The notes beneath the pieces were generated by a model that was not told the DNA's origin, did not search any database, and saw only the letters and a program-made list of their open reading frames with translations. A program made the translations under genes and the position numbers. 64,000 nt of DNA, taken from IMG/VR virus record IMGVR_UViG_3300013094_000021; one strand, given 5' to 3'. The stretch is from a virus (Duplodnaviria; Heunggongvirae; Uroviricota; Caudoviricetes). This document shows positions 29,326 to 38,031 of the stretch, one piece after another; the first letter of the stretch is position 1, and each line of letters begins with the position of its first letter.

Positions 29326-29742
29326 ATGCCAATCTCAATTAATTCAAAAGACTTCAATCTTCAAGAGATTTACGCCGCCGCAAAGCTGCAAAACACAGCA
29401 ACGGCATACAATTTCCGCCTTTACGGACTCAAAAACTCCAATAATCCTGCGGTTTTGATTGGTAAGACCAATTTTCACAATAATAATTTCGACCGAATCG
29501 CCGAATTATTCAATAAAAACAAAATTTCTCTTGAATTTGAATCTGTCAGACAAGAGGATAACGAAAAAAACTTTATCTACATCGGCTTGAGACACGATTT
29601 GAGACACGATATCGGACTTTCTGCCGCCATTGTCACTACGATTATTCATCAAATAGAAGGCAATATAAAAGACTTCGACACTAATTTCAAGATTAAAACT
29701 AAATCATTTAAAAAGAAAGCCGCCGCCAAAGCCAAAAACTAA
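29326..29742 (+). CDS. hypothetical protein (paralogue of 11697..12080)
   Basis: see 11697. Confidence 0.45.
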   Translation: MPISINSKDFNLQEIYAAAKLQNTATAYNFRLYGLKNSNNPAVLIGKTNFHNNNFDRIAELFNKNKISLEFESVRQEDNEKNFIYIGLRHDLRHDIGLSAAIVTTIIHQIEGNIKDFDTNFKIKTKSFKKKAAAKAKN

Positions 29743-29837
29743 AAACAAAGAAGTAAAAGAATCTATAAAAAAATCTATAAAAGAACTCAATGTAATTTTC
29801 GGCACTAACACTGAAGAATAAATTTAATTTAAAAATC

Positions 29838-30149
29838 ATGTTTGATTACAAAAAAGCCAACGCTTCCAGCGAATTTCCATCCGCCGAAAAAGTAAAGGAA
29901 ATTTACGATTCTGTTCACGTTGATTTTACCAAGGAGAATTTTCAAAAACTGCTTGAGAGAAATGTTGAAATGGACTTGGCCTTAAGTCACCTAATCGCCT
30001 TTTCTCGTCGAATCTGGGATGAAACTGAAATGGTTTCCGGCTGCATAAAGCTAAAAGATATCGAGGAGATTTTGAAAAGAAATGATTTAGTTCTTGGTCA
30101 AATCGCCGAAGCGCCTTTAGTCCTAAAAAAAACCGAAAACAATCCTTGA
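29838..30149 (+). CDS. hypothetical protein (paralogue of 30639..31016)
   Basis: shared LLERNVEMDLALS / LLIRNIEMDLMLS and ERNDxxLG blocks. Confidence 0.4.
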   Translation: MFDYKKANASSEFPSAEKVKEIYDSVHVDFTKENFQKLLERNVEMDLALSHLIAFSRRIWDETEMVSGCIKLKDIEEILKRNDLVLGQIAEAPLVLKKTENNP

Positions 30150-30196
30150 CAAATTAAGATTATCCTTTATTATTGAATTAAGCAATAAACAAATAT

Positions 30197-30592
30197 ATGA
30201 ATACCAATCAAAACACCGAAGTTACCTCCAGCCGCAAAGTTGGCCGCCCGATTAATCCTAATGCTACGCGCGAAATCTTTTTGAGAAAGACCAAGGACGC
30301 CGCCGGAAACGAAGTTCTTACGCCGCTCGGCAAAGGGCGCCGTGGCTCTGGAAATTTCGTTAAGGTGGTTGTCCATCGCTCCATTGACTCCTCTAACTAT
30401 ATTCATGGTCAAACTCCGATTGTCGGCGAACCAGTGAATGTTTCGGTTGAGCCGCAAGCCTCCGAACAAAAAAGCAATCCTGTTTCCGTGACCGTGCATA
30501 TCAGCGAGGAAAAAACCGAAATTCCGATTACTCAACAAAGTCAATCGGTTTCCTCCGCCGAATCCGAAAATCCAATTCCCGCCTCCGCATGA
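30197..30592 (+). CDS. hypothetical protein with AT-hook-like KVGRPINP motif
   Basis: 131-aa ORF, Ser/Pro-rich. Confidence 0.4.
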   Translation: MNTNQNTEVTSSRKVGRPINPNATREIFLRKTKDAAGNEVLTPLGKGRRGSGNFVKVVVHRSIDSSNYIHGQTPIVGEPVNVSVEPQASEQKSNPVSVTVHISEEKTEIPITQQSQSVSSAESENPIPASA

Positions 30593-30638
30593 AGTTTAAA
30601 ATAAAAGAAATATACCTGTCTATAAAAGCGACTTTGGT

Positions 30639-31016
30639 ATGTTTTTTTATCGTTTTCTTTTGGTTTTTGCCAGTTTATTTATACTGGCGGCATCAAATCT
30701 CGAAAAACTCAAACGACGAAAATTCTGGAAGGTAAAAACTCAAATGCTTGATGACGAAACATTAAGATTGAAGTCAATGGAGATTTTCAATTCAATTAAT
30801 ATTGAATATTCGCCGGAAAACCTTAACAAACTTCTAATTAGAAACATTGAAATGGATTTGATGCTTTCGGAAGTTATTTGTGCCTCTAAATTTGCTTGGC
30901 CCGCCGCCAAAACTGTTACCGGCTATATATCTCTACATCCAATTGAAAAAACACTTGAAAGAAACGACGAAATACTTGGAAAGCTCTGCAAACCAAACGA
31001 ATTAAAAAGCCAGTAG
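30639..31016 (+). CDS. hypothetical protein with N-terminal signal/TM
   Basis: paralogue of 29838. Confidence 0.4.
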   Translation: MFFYRFLLVFASLFILAASNLEKLKRRKFWKVKTQMLDDETLRLKSMEIFNSINIEYSPENLNKLLIRNIEMDLMLSEVICASKFAWPAAKTVTGYISLHPIEKTLERNDEILGKLCKPNELKSQ

Positions 31017-31030
31017 TTCAAATTAAAAAT

Positions 31031-31231
31031 ATGTCAATCTCCGAAAAACAATTAAAAGAATTGAAGAAAAAAGGTATTTCTGACGACATTTTGCGCGAAG
31101 CTGATATTTTCTTGACAGAAAATAAATTTGAATTACTATATCTTACGGATTTAGGCGCTGGTGAGTATCGAGTAATGTTTAGAAGACCGGACGGCAAAGG
31201 TGACGCCAGAATCTTCAACTATCCTAATTGA
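31031..31231 (+). CDS. small hypothetical protein
   Basis: 66 aa. Confidence 0.3.
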   Translation: MSISEKQLKELKKKGISDDILREADIFLTENKFELLYLTDLGAGEYRVMFRRPDGKGDARIFNYPN

Positions 31232-31232
31232 A

Positions 31233-31487
31233 ATGAAAGAATTTGAAGGCTTTGAATTTATCAATCCAAACGTAGAGGATTTATCAAGTATAGTAGTTAA
31301 AGGCTATAACAAAATCGCCTATTGGAACCCTTTGCTTGCAAAACCTTCTTTCTTCACCGGACACTCTGGCCGAACTCTTATATATATGAAGAATAACTTC
31401 GCGGCCTGTCAATACTTTTATAGAGTAATTAATACGCCGCCGAAACAAAAATTTCCATGCGACAAACCTTTTCCTTACGGATTTTGA
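31233..31487 (+). CDS. small protein with conserved C-terminal FPCDKPFPYGF tail (family member 1)
   Basis: start placed at MKEFEGF just after preceding stop; C-terminal motif shared by six ORFs. Confidence 0.4.
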   Translation: MKEFEGFEFINPNVEDLSSIVVKGYNKIAYWNPLLAKPSFFTGHSGRTLIYMKNNFAACQYFYRVINTPPKQKFPCDKPFPYGF

Positions 31488-31946
31488 ATGAATATTCCAG
31501 AAGGATATCAAATAATTGACGACCCAGATTATATCATAAAATCTGGGGATAAATTTCTCGCGCAAATACCATCAAGTAAAATACATGATTTTGTTGATAG
31601 TGTTGGAGCCACATTAAGATACGTCAAAGTGTATTTAGGAAAAATCGTTGTTCTCTCAAAAATAGAAAAACCAATTAATTCTATTGAAGAAAGTAAAAAT
31701 CAATTAAAATTAGACATTCAAGTTCCAGACTCAAAAGTTCCGCCCGAAGGCTACGAAATTTTAGATAAAAAATTTTACTCAAAATATTACATAAAAGACT
31801 CCGACCTTGTTTTTGCAAATGGGCAATGGATTAAGGCTAATAGGATTTTAATTCGCTCCTATAATGTAAAATATAACGAAAAATACATAACCAACAAAGA
31901 AGTCATTATTGCTTGCAAAGGCAAGCCCTATCCTTATGGATATTAA
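31488..31946 (+). CDS. protein with C-terminal CKGKPYPYGY tail (family member 2)
   Basis: ATG immediately after preceding TGA. Confidence 0.4.
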   Translation: MNIPEGYQIIDDPDYIIKSGDKFLAQIPSSKIHDFVDSVGATLRYVKVYLGKIVVLSKIEKPINSIEESKNQLKLDIQVPDSKVPPEGYEILDKKFYSKYYIKDSDLVFANGQWIKANRILIRSYNVKYNEKYITNKEVIIACKGKPYPYGY

Positions 31947-32184
31947 AGAGAATAAATTTGAAGATATTACTCATTTGGATGACCTTGTTTTGGAAAGGAA
32001 TGAATTATTTGATTATTTTTTCGATTACGCAGACCACAAAAAAGAAAAATTCCGCATCAGGAGCATACTTTTAAAAAACAAGGTTTCCATATTGAAAAAA
32101 AATTGGTATGGAATTAAAATCTATCGAAAATTGAAATATCCAGTCCTGTTTGAGACTGAAAAAAAATTTCCTCACGGCTATTAA
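31936..32184 (+). CDS. small protein with C-terminal EKKFPHGY tail (family member 3)
   Basis: start ATG overlaps the YGY-stop codons of the upstream gene. Confidence 0.35.
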   Translation: MDIKENKFEDITHLDDLVLERNELFDYFFDYADHKKEKFRIRSILLKNKVSILKKNWYGIKIYRKLKYPVLFETEKKFPHGY

Positions 32185-32224
32185 AAATTCTTGACAAATT
32201 CAATTTGTCCTTTATTATAAAGGC

Positions 32225-32461
32225 ATGAAAAACAATTTCTCTAAACAATACTCAACGAAAAACATCCAATTCCAATACAGCCTTGCCTCTAAAAAGTGGC
32301 AGTTTGATATCACCAAAATCAACCACACGCTTCTTTATCCTTGTGTCGGGGGCGTTGCCGTGGCGCGCAAGGTTGCGGCGGCAATTGAAGGCGGCTTGAC
32401 TCGCAGCAATCAAATTGACGCATTGGCGCGCGGACAAATCAAGCATTTGACCGGCTTTTAA
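32225..32461 (+). CDS. hypothetical protein
   Basis: 78-aa ORF behind consensus promoter. Confidence 0.35.
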   Translation: MKNNFSKQYSTKNIQFQYSLASKKWQFDITKINHTLLYPCVGGVAVARKVAAAIEGGLTRSNQIDALARGQIKHLTGF

Positions 32462-32481
32462 TTTAAAATAAAAAAAATACC

Positions 32482-32706
32482 ATGAAAAATTCTCCATCCT
32501 TTTATCAGGCGGAAAAACTATCTTTTTTTGAAAAAATTTTTTGTCGTTATAAAACTATTCCGGTTGAAAGCGGGGAAGAAAGAAGGTTTATCTTTAGCTA
32601 TCGAGGTATCAGAATTCCAAACAGCGAATTCATAAGAGGATATATCATCTATCACAAAATTGACCGCTTGACCGGCGGCTATGAAATTGTTAAAGCTTAT
32701 GATTAA
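32482..32706 (+). CDS. hypothetical protein
   Basis: 74-aa ORF. Confidence 0.35.
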   Translation: MKNSPSFYQAEKLSFFEKIFCRYKTIPVESGEERRFIFSYRGIRIPNSEFIRGYIIYHKIDRLTGGYEIVKAYD

Positions 32707-32758
32707 AAATTCTTGACAAAACAGAAAAATCCTTCATAATAAATCCATAATTAATTCT

Positions 32759-32977
32759 ATGGCAAACAAAAATCAAAAACAAATCCGCCAAAGCATCGCC
32801 GCCGCCTTTAAAGGTGGGCGCTCCGAAATCGCAATCGAAATTCCGGCGGGCGGATATCACAATAACGTCAAAGGCGCGTGGCAGACTCGTCGCATTGCCG
32901 TTGGGCCGCAAAAGCGCAAGTCAATTTCCGCAAAGGTTGGTGGCGCAAAAGGCAAAACGGCGGCAGAAAATGAATAA
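32759..32977 (+). CDS. small basic protein
   Basis: 72 aa, Lys/Arg/Gly-rich, behind consensus promoter. Confidence 0.3.
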   Translation: MANKNQKQIRQSIAAAFKGGRSEIAIEIPAGGYHNNVKGAWQTRRIAVGPQKRKSISAKVGGAKGKTAAENE

Positions 32978-33359
32978 CAGGTTTCAAGAAAAATTAATTG
33001 AAATCTCGCGGGCCTTGAAGCTTGAAAAGCAAGGCATGAGAGAGTTTCATGTTTGCTTTATAACTCGAAAAAATAAATTAATAGCTGTCGGCTGCAATTC
33101 AACTAAAACACACCGATTAGCCTTGGACTTTAAATATCCTTTTGCCGAAAAAGGAACTCACGCCGAATGTCAGGCGATAATTCGCGGCAAAAAGAAAAGT
33201 TATCGCGGCCATGAAGCCTATATTTTAAGAATAAACAATAACAATCAGGCCGATTTTTCCGCGCCTTGCTCCGCTTGTTCAATTTTGTTAAAAAGAATGA
33301 AGTTCAACAAGATTTATTTCACTAATAAATCCGGCTCGTTTGTATGCCAAAAAAATTAA
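32970..33359 (+). CDS. CMP/dCMP-type zinc deaminase (cytidine-deaminase fold)
   Basis: HAECQAI (H-A-E) and PCSACSILL (PCxxC) zinc-binding motifs; start taken at MNNRFQ, 8-nt overlap with upstream stop. Confidence 0.5.
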   Translation: MNNRFQEKLIEISRALKLEKQGMREFHVCFITRKNKLIAVGCNSTKTHRLALDFKYPFAEKGTHAECQAIIRGKKKSYRGHEAYILRINNNNQADFSAPCSACSILLKRMKFNKIYFTNKSGSFVCQKN

Positions 33360-33634
33360 AATTTGAAAAATTCTACTATTGGGGCTACGGTAAGCGCAGC
33401 ATTGGAAGCCTTAACTTTTTTTACGCTTCATCAGGAGAAAAAGTTTATTGTTTTGACGTAACGGATGAAAAAACGGTTGCCGAAATTTGCCATAATGTTT
33501 CACCCAGCTATAAATTAAATCAATTTAAATTTATCGAAATTCCTAAAAAAGAAATTCCGGCTAATGTAATAGAGGCTTTTGAAAAAGTCGGCCAACAAGC
33601 AAAAATTTTCAAATTAAAGAAATTCAAGCCATGA
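33344..33634 (+). CDS. small hypothetical protein (tandem paralogue 1 of 3, ends FKLKKFKP)
   Basis: three consecutive ~86-96-aa ORFs with shared W/Y-rich core and FKxKKFxP C-terminus. Confidence 0.4.
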   Translation: MPKKLKFEKFYYWGYGKRSIGSLNFFYASSGEKVYCFDVTDEKTVAEICHNVSPSYKLNQFKFIEIPKKEIPANVIEAFEKVGQQAKIFKLKKFKP

Positions 33635-33891
33635 ATCCAGAAGATTTCAATTACTATCTAATTAAAGGCAATAATTATCTATACCGATTTCCAAAAGACG
33701 GTGAGAAATTCGGTTGGAGTTGGGGTCTTTCCACAGTTAGTCACCAATCCGATTGGAGCGCAGGTCTATATGCCAGACAAACTTACCCGACTAATTGGGA
33801 ACTAATAACTCTCGAAAAAGCCAAAGAAGTTTGTCCTCAAGCGTTTGTAGAAAAAGTTTATTTTAAATTTAAAAAATTCAACCCCGTTTAA
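33631..33891 (+). CDS. small hypothetical protein (tandem paralogue 2 of 3)
   Basis: see 33344. Confidence 0.4.
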   Translation: MNPEDFNYYLIKGNNYLYRFPKDGEKFGWSWGLSTVSHQSDWSAGLYARQTYPTNWELITLEKAKEVCPQAFVEKVYFKFKKFNPV

Positions 33892-33893
33892 AC

Positions 33894-34154
33894 ATGAACT
33901 TAAGAAATTACAAATATTTCCTCTATCAAAAAAACAAGACTGTTTACCGATTTTCAAAAAATATCGAAAAAAACAAAAACGGTCACTATTGCGACTTTGG
34001 AAGCGACCAATGGTTTGCTGGCGTTCACTGGAACGCCGGAACTCCATACTGGAAAGAAATTTCAATCGAAGAATTAAAAAAGATAAATCCAATCCTTTTT
34101 GTTAAAAAACAAAAATTCATCCTTAAAAAATTCAAAAAACCGTTGACTTTTTAA
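33894..34154 (+). CDS. small hypothetical protein (tandem paralogue 3 of 3)
   Basis: see 33344. Confidence 0.4.
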   Translation: MNLRNYKYFLYQKNKTVYRFSKNIEKNKNGHYCDFGSDQWFAGVHWNAGTPYWKEISIEELKKINPILFVKKQKFILKKFKKPLTF

Positions 34155-34178
34155 AAAAAATATTCATAATAAACGCAC

Positions 34179-34730
34179 ATGAAAAAAATCTCAATTATTA
34201 TCGCAATTTTGGCGGCAATCGCATCATCCGCCAACGCCGAAATTTCAACGACTGCATCAAATTTGGAAAACTCGGCTTCTTCCATCTCTAAATCCTGCAC
34301 CAATATAAATGATGCGGTGGCTTCAATTTTGATGGGTGCAAAATCGGTTGGTGGCGAAATCTACTCCTCTTCCAAAGACTCCATTGCTTCCGCTGTGGAA
34401 ATTGTTAAAAAACAAGCGCCCGATTTGGTGAAGGAATTTATTATTTGGAATTTGATTGGAGATATGTTTCCTTTGTGCGGCTGGCTTTTTGTAAGTCTTT
34501 GCGTATTTTCATTTTTCATTTGGACTTTTTCATGCGAAAAAAAACTCAAAAAAGATAATAGATGGAGAGATAACCGCGAGCCGATAATTACTGTTAGATT
34601 TATTTCTCTTATTGTATCAATCGCCGTTTTTACAATATCGTCCATTTCATACGGAACTGAATTATTTCAAATCTATTTCGCTCCAAAATTCTTCATCCTT
34701 CAATATGTCATCCAACATATTAGAGGTTAA
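34179..34730 (+). CDS. secreted/membrane protein
   Basis: signal peptide MKKISIIIAILAAIASSANA, Ser-rich segment, two downstream TM helices. Confidence 0.45.
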   Translation: MKKISIIIAILAAIASSANAEISTTASNLENSASSISKSCTNINDAVASILMGAKSVGGEIYSSSKDSIASAVEIVKKQAPDLVKEFIIWNLIGDMFPLCGWLFVSLCVFSFFIWTFSCEKKLKKDNRWRDNREPIITVRFISLIVSIAVFTISSISYGTELFQIYFAPKFFILQYVIQHIRG

Positions 34731-34893
34731 AACAATGAAGCTCAAAGCTCAACAATTAAATCTATCGGTAGTCAGGTCTAAAATTCTCATGGCCGAGAAA
34801 ATCCTGCACCACAATAAAACTTTAAAAACTCCAATTAAACCACAAGGATTTTTTAACAAAGTTTTGAACAAAATTAAATTATTTAAAAATTAA

Positions 34894-35187
34894 ATGAAAA
34901 GATTTTTTATTAGAAACGGATATTATGGGTATTGCCTAGAAAACGATAGCTTGTTTTTCGGAAAAAAAGACGCGACTTCAAACGTCAGCAATATAGCTAT
35001 TATTCCATTTAAAAAATCCGGCTACGCTCCGGCTCAAGTCAATCAAATGAAGGGCTTCCAAGAAGTGAGCGTCGAATTGTTCAAAAAAGAATTTCCGCCT
35101 AAATTTTTTCCAAATCTTTACAAACATTTTCCAAAGAAAAAGGAAAAAAAATTCTTTTCACTAAAGAAATTCAACGGCTCAATTTAA
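34894..35187 (+). CDS. hypothetical protein
   Basis: 97-aa ORF. Confidence 0.3.
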   Translation: MKRFFIRNGYYGYCLENDSLFFGKKDATSNVSNIAIIPFKKSGYAPAQVNQMKGFQEVSVELFKKEFPPKFFPNLYKHFPKKKEKKFFSLKKFNGSI

Positions 35188-35201
35188 ATGGTATTAATTT
35201 T

Positions 35202-35456
35202 TTGTATATTATTCCTTTTTCTTTGCATGAAGAAATGAAAAATAACTTCCATCCTGATTTCAAAAAAGGCGACGAAGTTGTTTTTCTTTCTGAATTGAAC
35301 TTGGTTAATTTACATGAGCATACTATGAAGGTGGTTTCATTCACTATTGACGCCAAAGGAGTTGAGTATAAACTTAAATTAAATGATAATAAAAGAATCA
35401 CATTTGCTATGCAAGGCCAGTTGGTTAAATATCAAAAAAAACTTGACTTCCAATAA
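35202..35456 (+). CDS. hypothetical protein
   Basis: 84-aa ORF. Confidence 0.3.
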   Translation: MYIIPFSLHEEMKNNFHPDFKKGDEVVFLSELNLVNLHEHTMKVVSFTIDAKGVEYKLKLNDNKRITFAMQGQLVKYQKKLDFQ

Positions 35457-35477
35457 AAATTCTTCAAAATCAAATCA

Positions 35478-36209
35478 ATGAAAAACACAAAAAAGCCTGT
35501 CATTGGTATTACCGGCCCCTCTCAATTCACCGCTCAAGTCCGTGAAATGGTGTCCGATTTTTTCGGCTCAATTCCTTTGGATATCAACCAGAACGGCTAT
35601 AACGATTTGAAGCAAATCGCGGAAGTTTGCGATGGCTTTATTTTTGCTGGCGGCGTTGATTTGTTTCCAGCGACCCTAGACAGAGAGATTTTGACCGGAA
35701 AAGGCTACTCAAAATTTGACCGCAAGCGCGACCTTCGCGAAATTAATCTAATTAAAATTGCGGGCGAACAAGGTAAATCAATTTTCGGCATTTGTCGCGG
35801 CCATCAAATGTTGCTCTCCAATCGCGGCCTTTATCTTATTCCAGATATTAGCGGAATTTCCGATGTTTGCCATAGCCCCAGAGAGATTGAAACCAATAAC
35901 GAGCCAATCCATTTCGTTCGTGGCATCGGAAAAGGTGTCGCTGAATTCGGCGAAAGAGAATTAGTTAATAGTTATCACCATCAAGCCATCCTTTACGGAG
36001 ATAAAGCCAAACAAAATAAAGAAGTGGAAATTCTTGGTATATCTAGCGTGTCTTTTGCCAGAGGCGAAAATACCGGCGTTAAAATCGTCGAACTCGCCAG
36101 AGGCGACGGCTTTCTTTCCTGCCAATGGCATCCAGAACTAGACTGGAAAAACGTCGAATCATCTAAAAAAGTTTTGACAATGGCAAAGAAAATGTTCAAT
36201 ATTGAATAA
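35478..36209 (+). CDS. class-I glutamine amidotransferase-like / peptidase C26 (second copy)
   Basis: FIFAGGVDLFP, ICRGHQML, NSYHHQAI, CQWHPE. Confidence 0.55.
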   Translation: MKNTKKPVIGITGPSQFTAQVREMVSDFFGSIPLDINQNGYNDLKQIAEVCDGFIFAGGVDLFPATLDREILTGKGYSKFDRKRDLREINLIKIAGEQGKSIFGICRGHQMLLSNRGLYLIPDISGISDVCHSPREIETNNEPIHFVRGIGKGVAEFGERELVNSYHHQAILYGDKAKQNKEVEILGISSVSFARGENTGVKIVELARGDGFLSCQWHPELDWKNVESSKKVLTMAKKMFNIE

Positions 36210-36251
36210 AATCTTGACATATAGAATTTAATTTTTTATTATAATCGCATT

Positions 36252-36872
36252 ATGAAAATCGGACTTGAAGTAGAGTTTTTCCTCACTAAAGACGGAAACA
36301 TTATTAACGTAGGTAAGGCTGGCTTGCCTAGCGACGAATATCCATTGCTTGCCGAGGCGCGCGGAAATGCTTTCGACTGCATTTTTCAAGCTGTTGGCTC
36401 TGTGCGCGGCGAAATTGAAAGAATTGTTTCCCTCGCTAGTAAAATTGGCGCAACCCCATTGTTTTCCGATTGGATAAAAAAAGATGGATTAACTGAAAAA
36501 TTAGATGAAGAAATTCTTCGCCAAGGTTTTTCAAAGCATATCGGCTGGCGAAATCTTTACGGCAAAAATCCGTCCTCTAAAAACAAACGATTCATTCCTG
36601 CCGGTCTTCACGTTTCATTTACGCAAAGCAAGTCTTTTGCCTATATTACATCACAAAATCAAAATCAAGTTTTCCAATACAATTCTTTATTTGATTATCC
36701 TCACGTTTTTAATAACATTACCAAGGAATTTCTGCCAGAAATTAAAGCCTCTGGCCGAGTTGAGGGATTTTACGAAGTCAAGGATGACGGACGAGTTGAA
36801 TATCGAAGCCTACCAGCGACTCTTATTAATTCGCAAAACTTTGCGGAGCGTTTGTTTCGTTGTTTAAAGTGA
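36252..36872 (+). CDS. YbdK/GCS2-like amidoligase (short form)
   Basis: MKIGLEVEFFL (GxExE) and AGLHVSFTQ. Confidence 0.45.
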   Translation: MKIGLEVEFFLTKDGNIINVGKAGLPSDEYPLLAEARGNAFDCIFQAVGSVRGEIERIVSLASKIGATPLFSDWIKKDGLTEKLDEEILRQGFSKHIGWRNLYGKNPSSKNKRFIPAGLHVSFTQSKSFAYITSQNQNQVFQYNSLFDYPHVFNNITKEFLPEIKASGRVEGFYEVKDDGRVEYRSLPATLINSQNFAERLFRCLK

Positions 36873-36912
36873 AAAATCTTGACAAATCAAAATAATTCAT
36901 TACTATCTAGTT

Positions 36913-37419
36913 ATGAAAATTTTTATTCCTGAACTTGGCACCCAGCTTAAACTAACAAAGGCCCAAGAGTTTTTGATAGCTTTTGAATATCGGAATGAAT
37001 CAATTTTTAAGGTATTTTTTCCGCATCTTTTTGCTCAACGCCAAGCGGCGGAAGAAAAACGAAAGAAGGAAAGAGAAAATTGTTGGAAACCGATTAAAAG
37101 TTTTTACGGCGGAAGGGAATGGGCTGGCGATACGCCTGAATATAAAAAGGCTTGCAATGAATTTGATTATATTTGCTCGCAATTCCCAAAGGAAAAAAAA
37201 TTTAAATTCACCAAAGGAACTATTTTTGAAGTTGACCGTATCTATATCCGCCAAGGAAATTCTTATCATTCGTCAGTTACTTTCAAAATTCGCCTCGAAA
37301 AAAGAGTTTTGCGTTTTTGGTTGCCATTGTCAGAAGTCAATACTATTGAATGCGAAATTGTTGGAAATCCGTCCGAAGCACGAAAGAAAAACATTTCTCG
37401 CAATTCGATTGGTGGATAA
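36913..37419 (+). CDS. hypothetical protein
   Basis: 168-aa ORF behind consensus promoter. Confidence 0.4.
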   Translation: MKIFIPELGTQLKLTKAQEFLIAFEYRNESIFKVFFPHLFAQRQAAEEKRKKERENCWKPIKSFYGGREWAGDTPEYKKACNEFDYICSQFPKEKKFKFTKGTIFEVDRIYIRQGNSYHSSVTFKIRLEKRVLRFWLPLSEVNTIECEIVGNPSEARKKNISRNSIGG

Positions 37420-37465
37420 AAACATTTAACTTGACAAACTTAAATAATCCTTTATTTTAATAGAA

Positions 37466-37906
37466 ATGAAACCTAATTATATCTTTTGGTCTTTATATCT
37501 TGTTTGGTTTGCTTTTTATCTGGCGAAGCAGTTCAATCTAAAACTCGCCTACGAAGTCGCCAAAGGCAAAAGAAAATTCTCTTATTTGAAGATTAAAGTT
37601 TCCATTTGGCCGGACACCGGACAATACGAATTCCGTAAGCCAGAGACTTTCAAAGAACCATACAGAACGCATCTTAAAAATCACACTGTCGAAATTCTTC
37701 AACTTGTAGAAATTCTGGAAGAATCAGATGAAATAGTTTTTTGCGCGGGCGCTGACAGTATCGGGAATTGGGATTTTTCATTTAGAGATAAATCTAGGCT
37801 ACCTTTCAGCAGTGTCCATATTGACAAATCCTTGATTATGGAAATAACTCCTGTGAAATTTAGCTGGAAAAGATTTTGCCTTGAATACCATACTAGCAAT
37901 GATTAA
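37466..37906 (+). CDS. hypothetical protein
   Basis: 146-aa ORF behind consensus promoter. Confidence 0.4.
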   Translation: MKPNYIFWSLYLVWFAFYLAKQFNLKLAYEVAKGKRKFSYLKIKVSIWPDTGQYEFRKPETFKEPYRTHLKNHTVEILQLVEILEESDEIVFCAGADSIGNWDFSFRDKSRLPFSSVHIDKSLIMEITPVKFSWKRFCLEYHTSND

Positions 37907-38031
37907 GAATTAGCTGGCAGGGTTTTGTAGATTATTTTAATTTCACTTGACAAAAGAAACTTATTCTTTACCATAGTCTCCATGCAAAACTTCCTTCCAT
38001 TCAACGATTTTGATAAGAATTTGTATATAAA

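Noticed and set aside
32814-33359. Long form of the deaminase ORF starting at 32814
   Set aside because: The N-terminal 52 codons overlap the separate small basic ORF 32759..32977 in another frame and lack deaminase motifs; start moved to MNNRFQ at 32970.
34612-34893. ORF 34612..34893 as an independent gene
   Set aside because: Overlaps the C-terminal third of the signal-peptide protein 34179..34730 in another frame; only the non-overlapping tail is unique, and it has no promoter or RBS. Left uncalled (uncertain).
36505-37429. Alternative-frame ORFs 36505..36867 and 36983..37429
   Set aside because: Fully nested in other frames of 36252..36872 and 36913..37419, which carry recognisable motifs or promoters; Lys/Phe-rich artefacts of AT-rich DNA.
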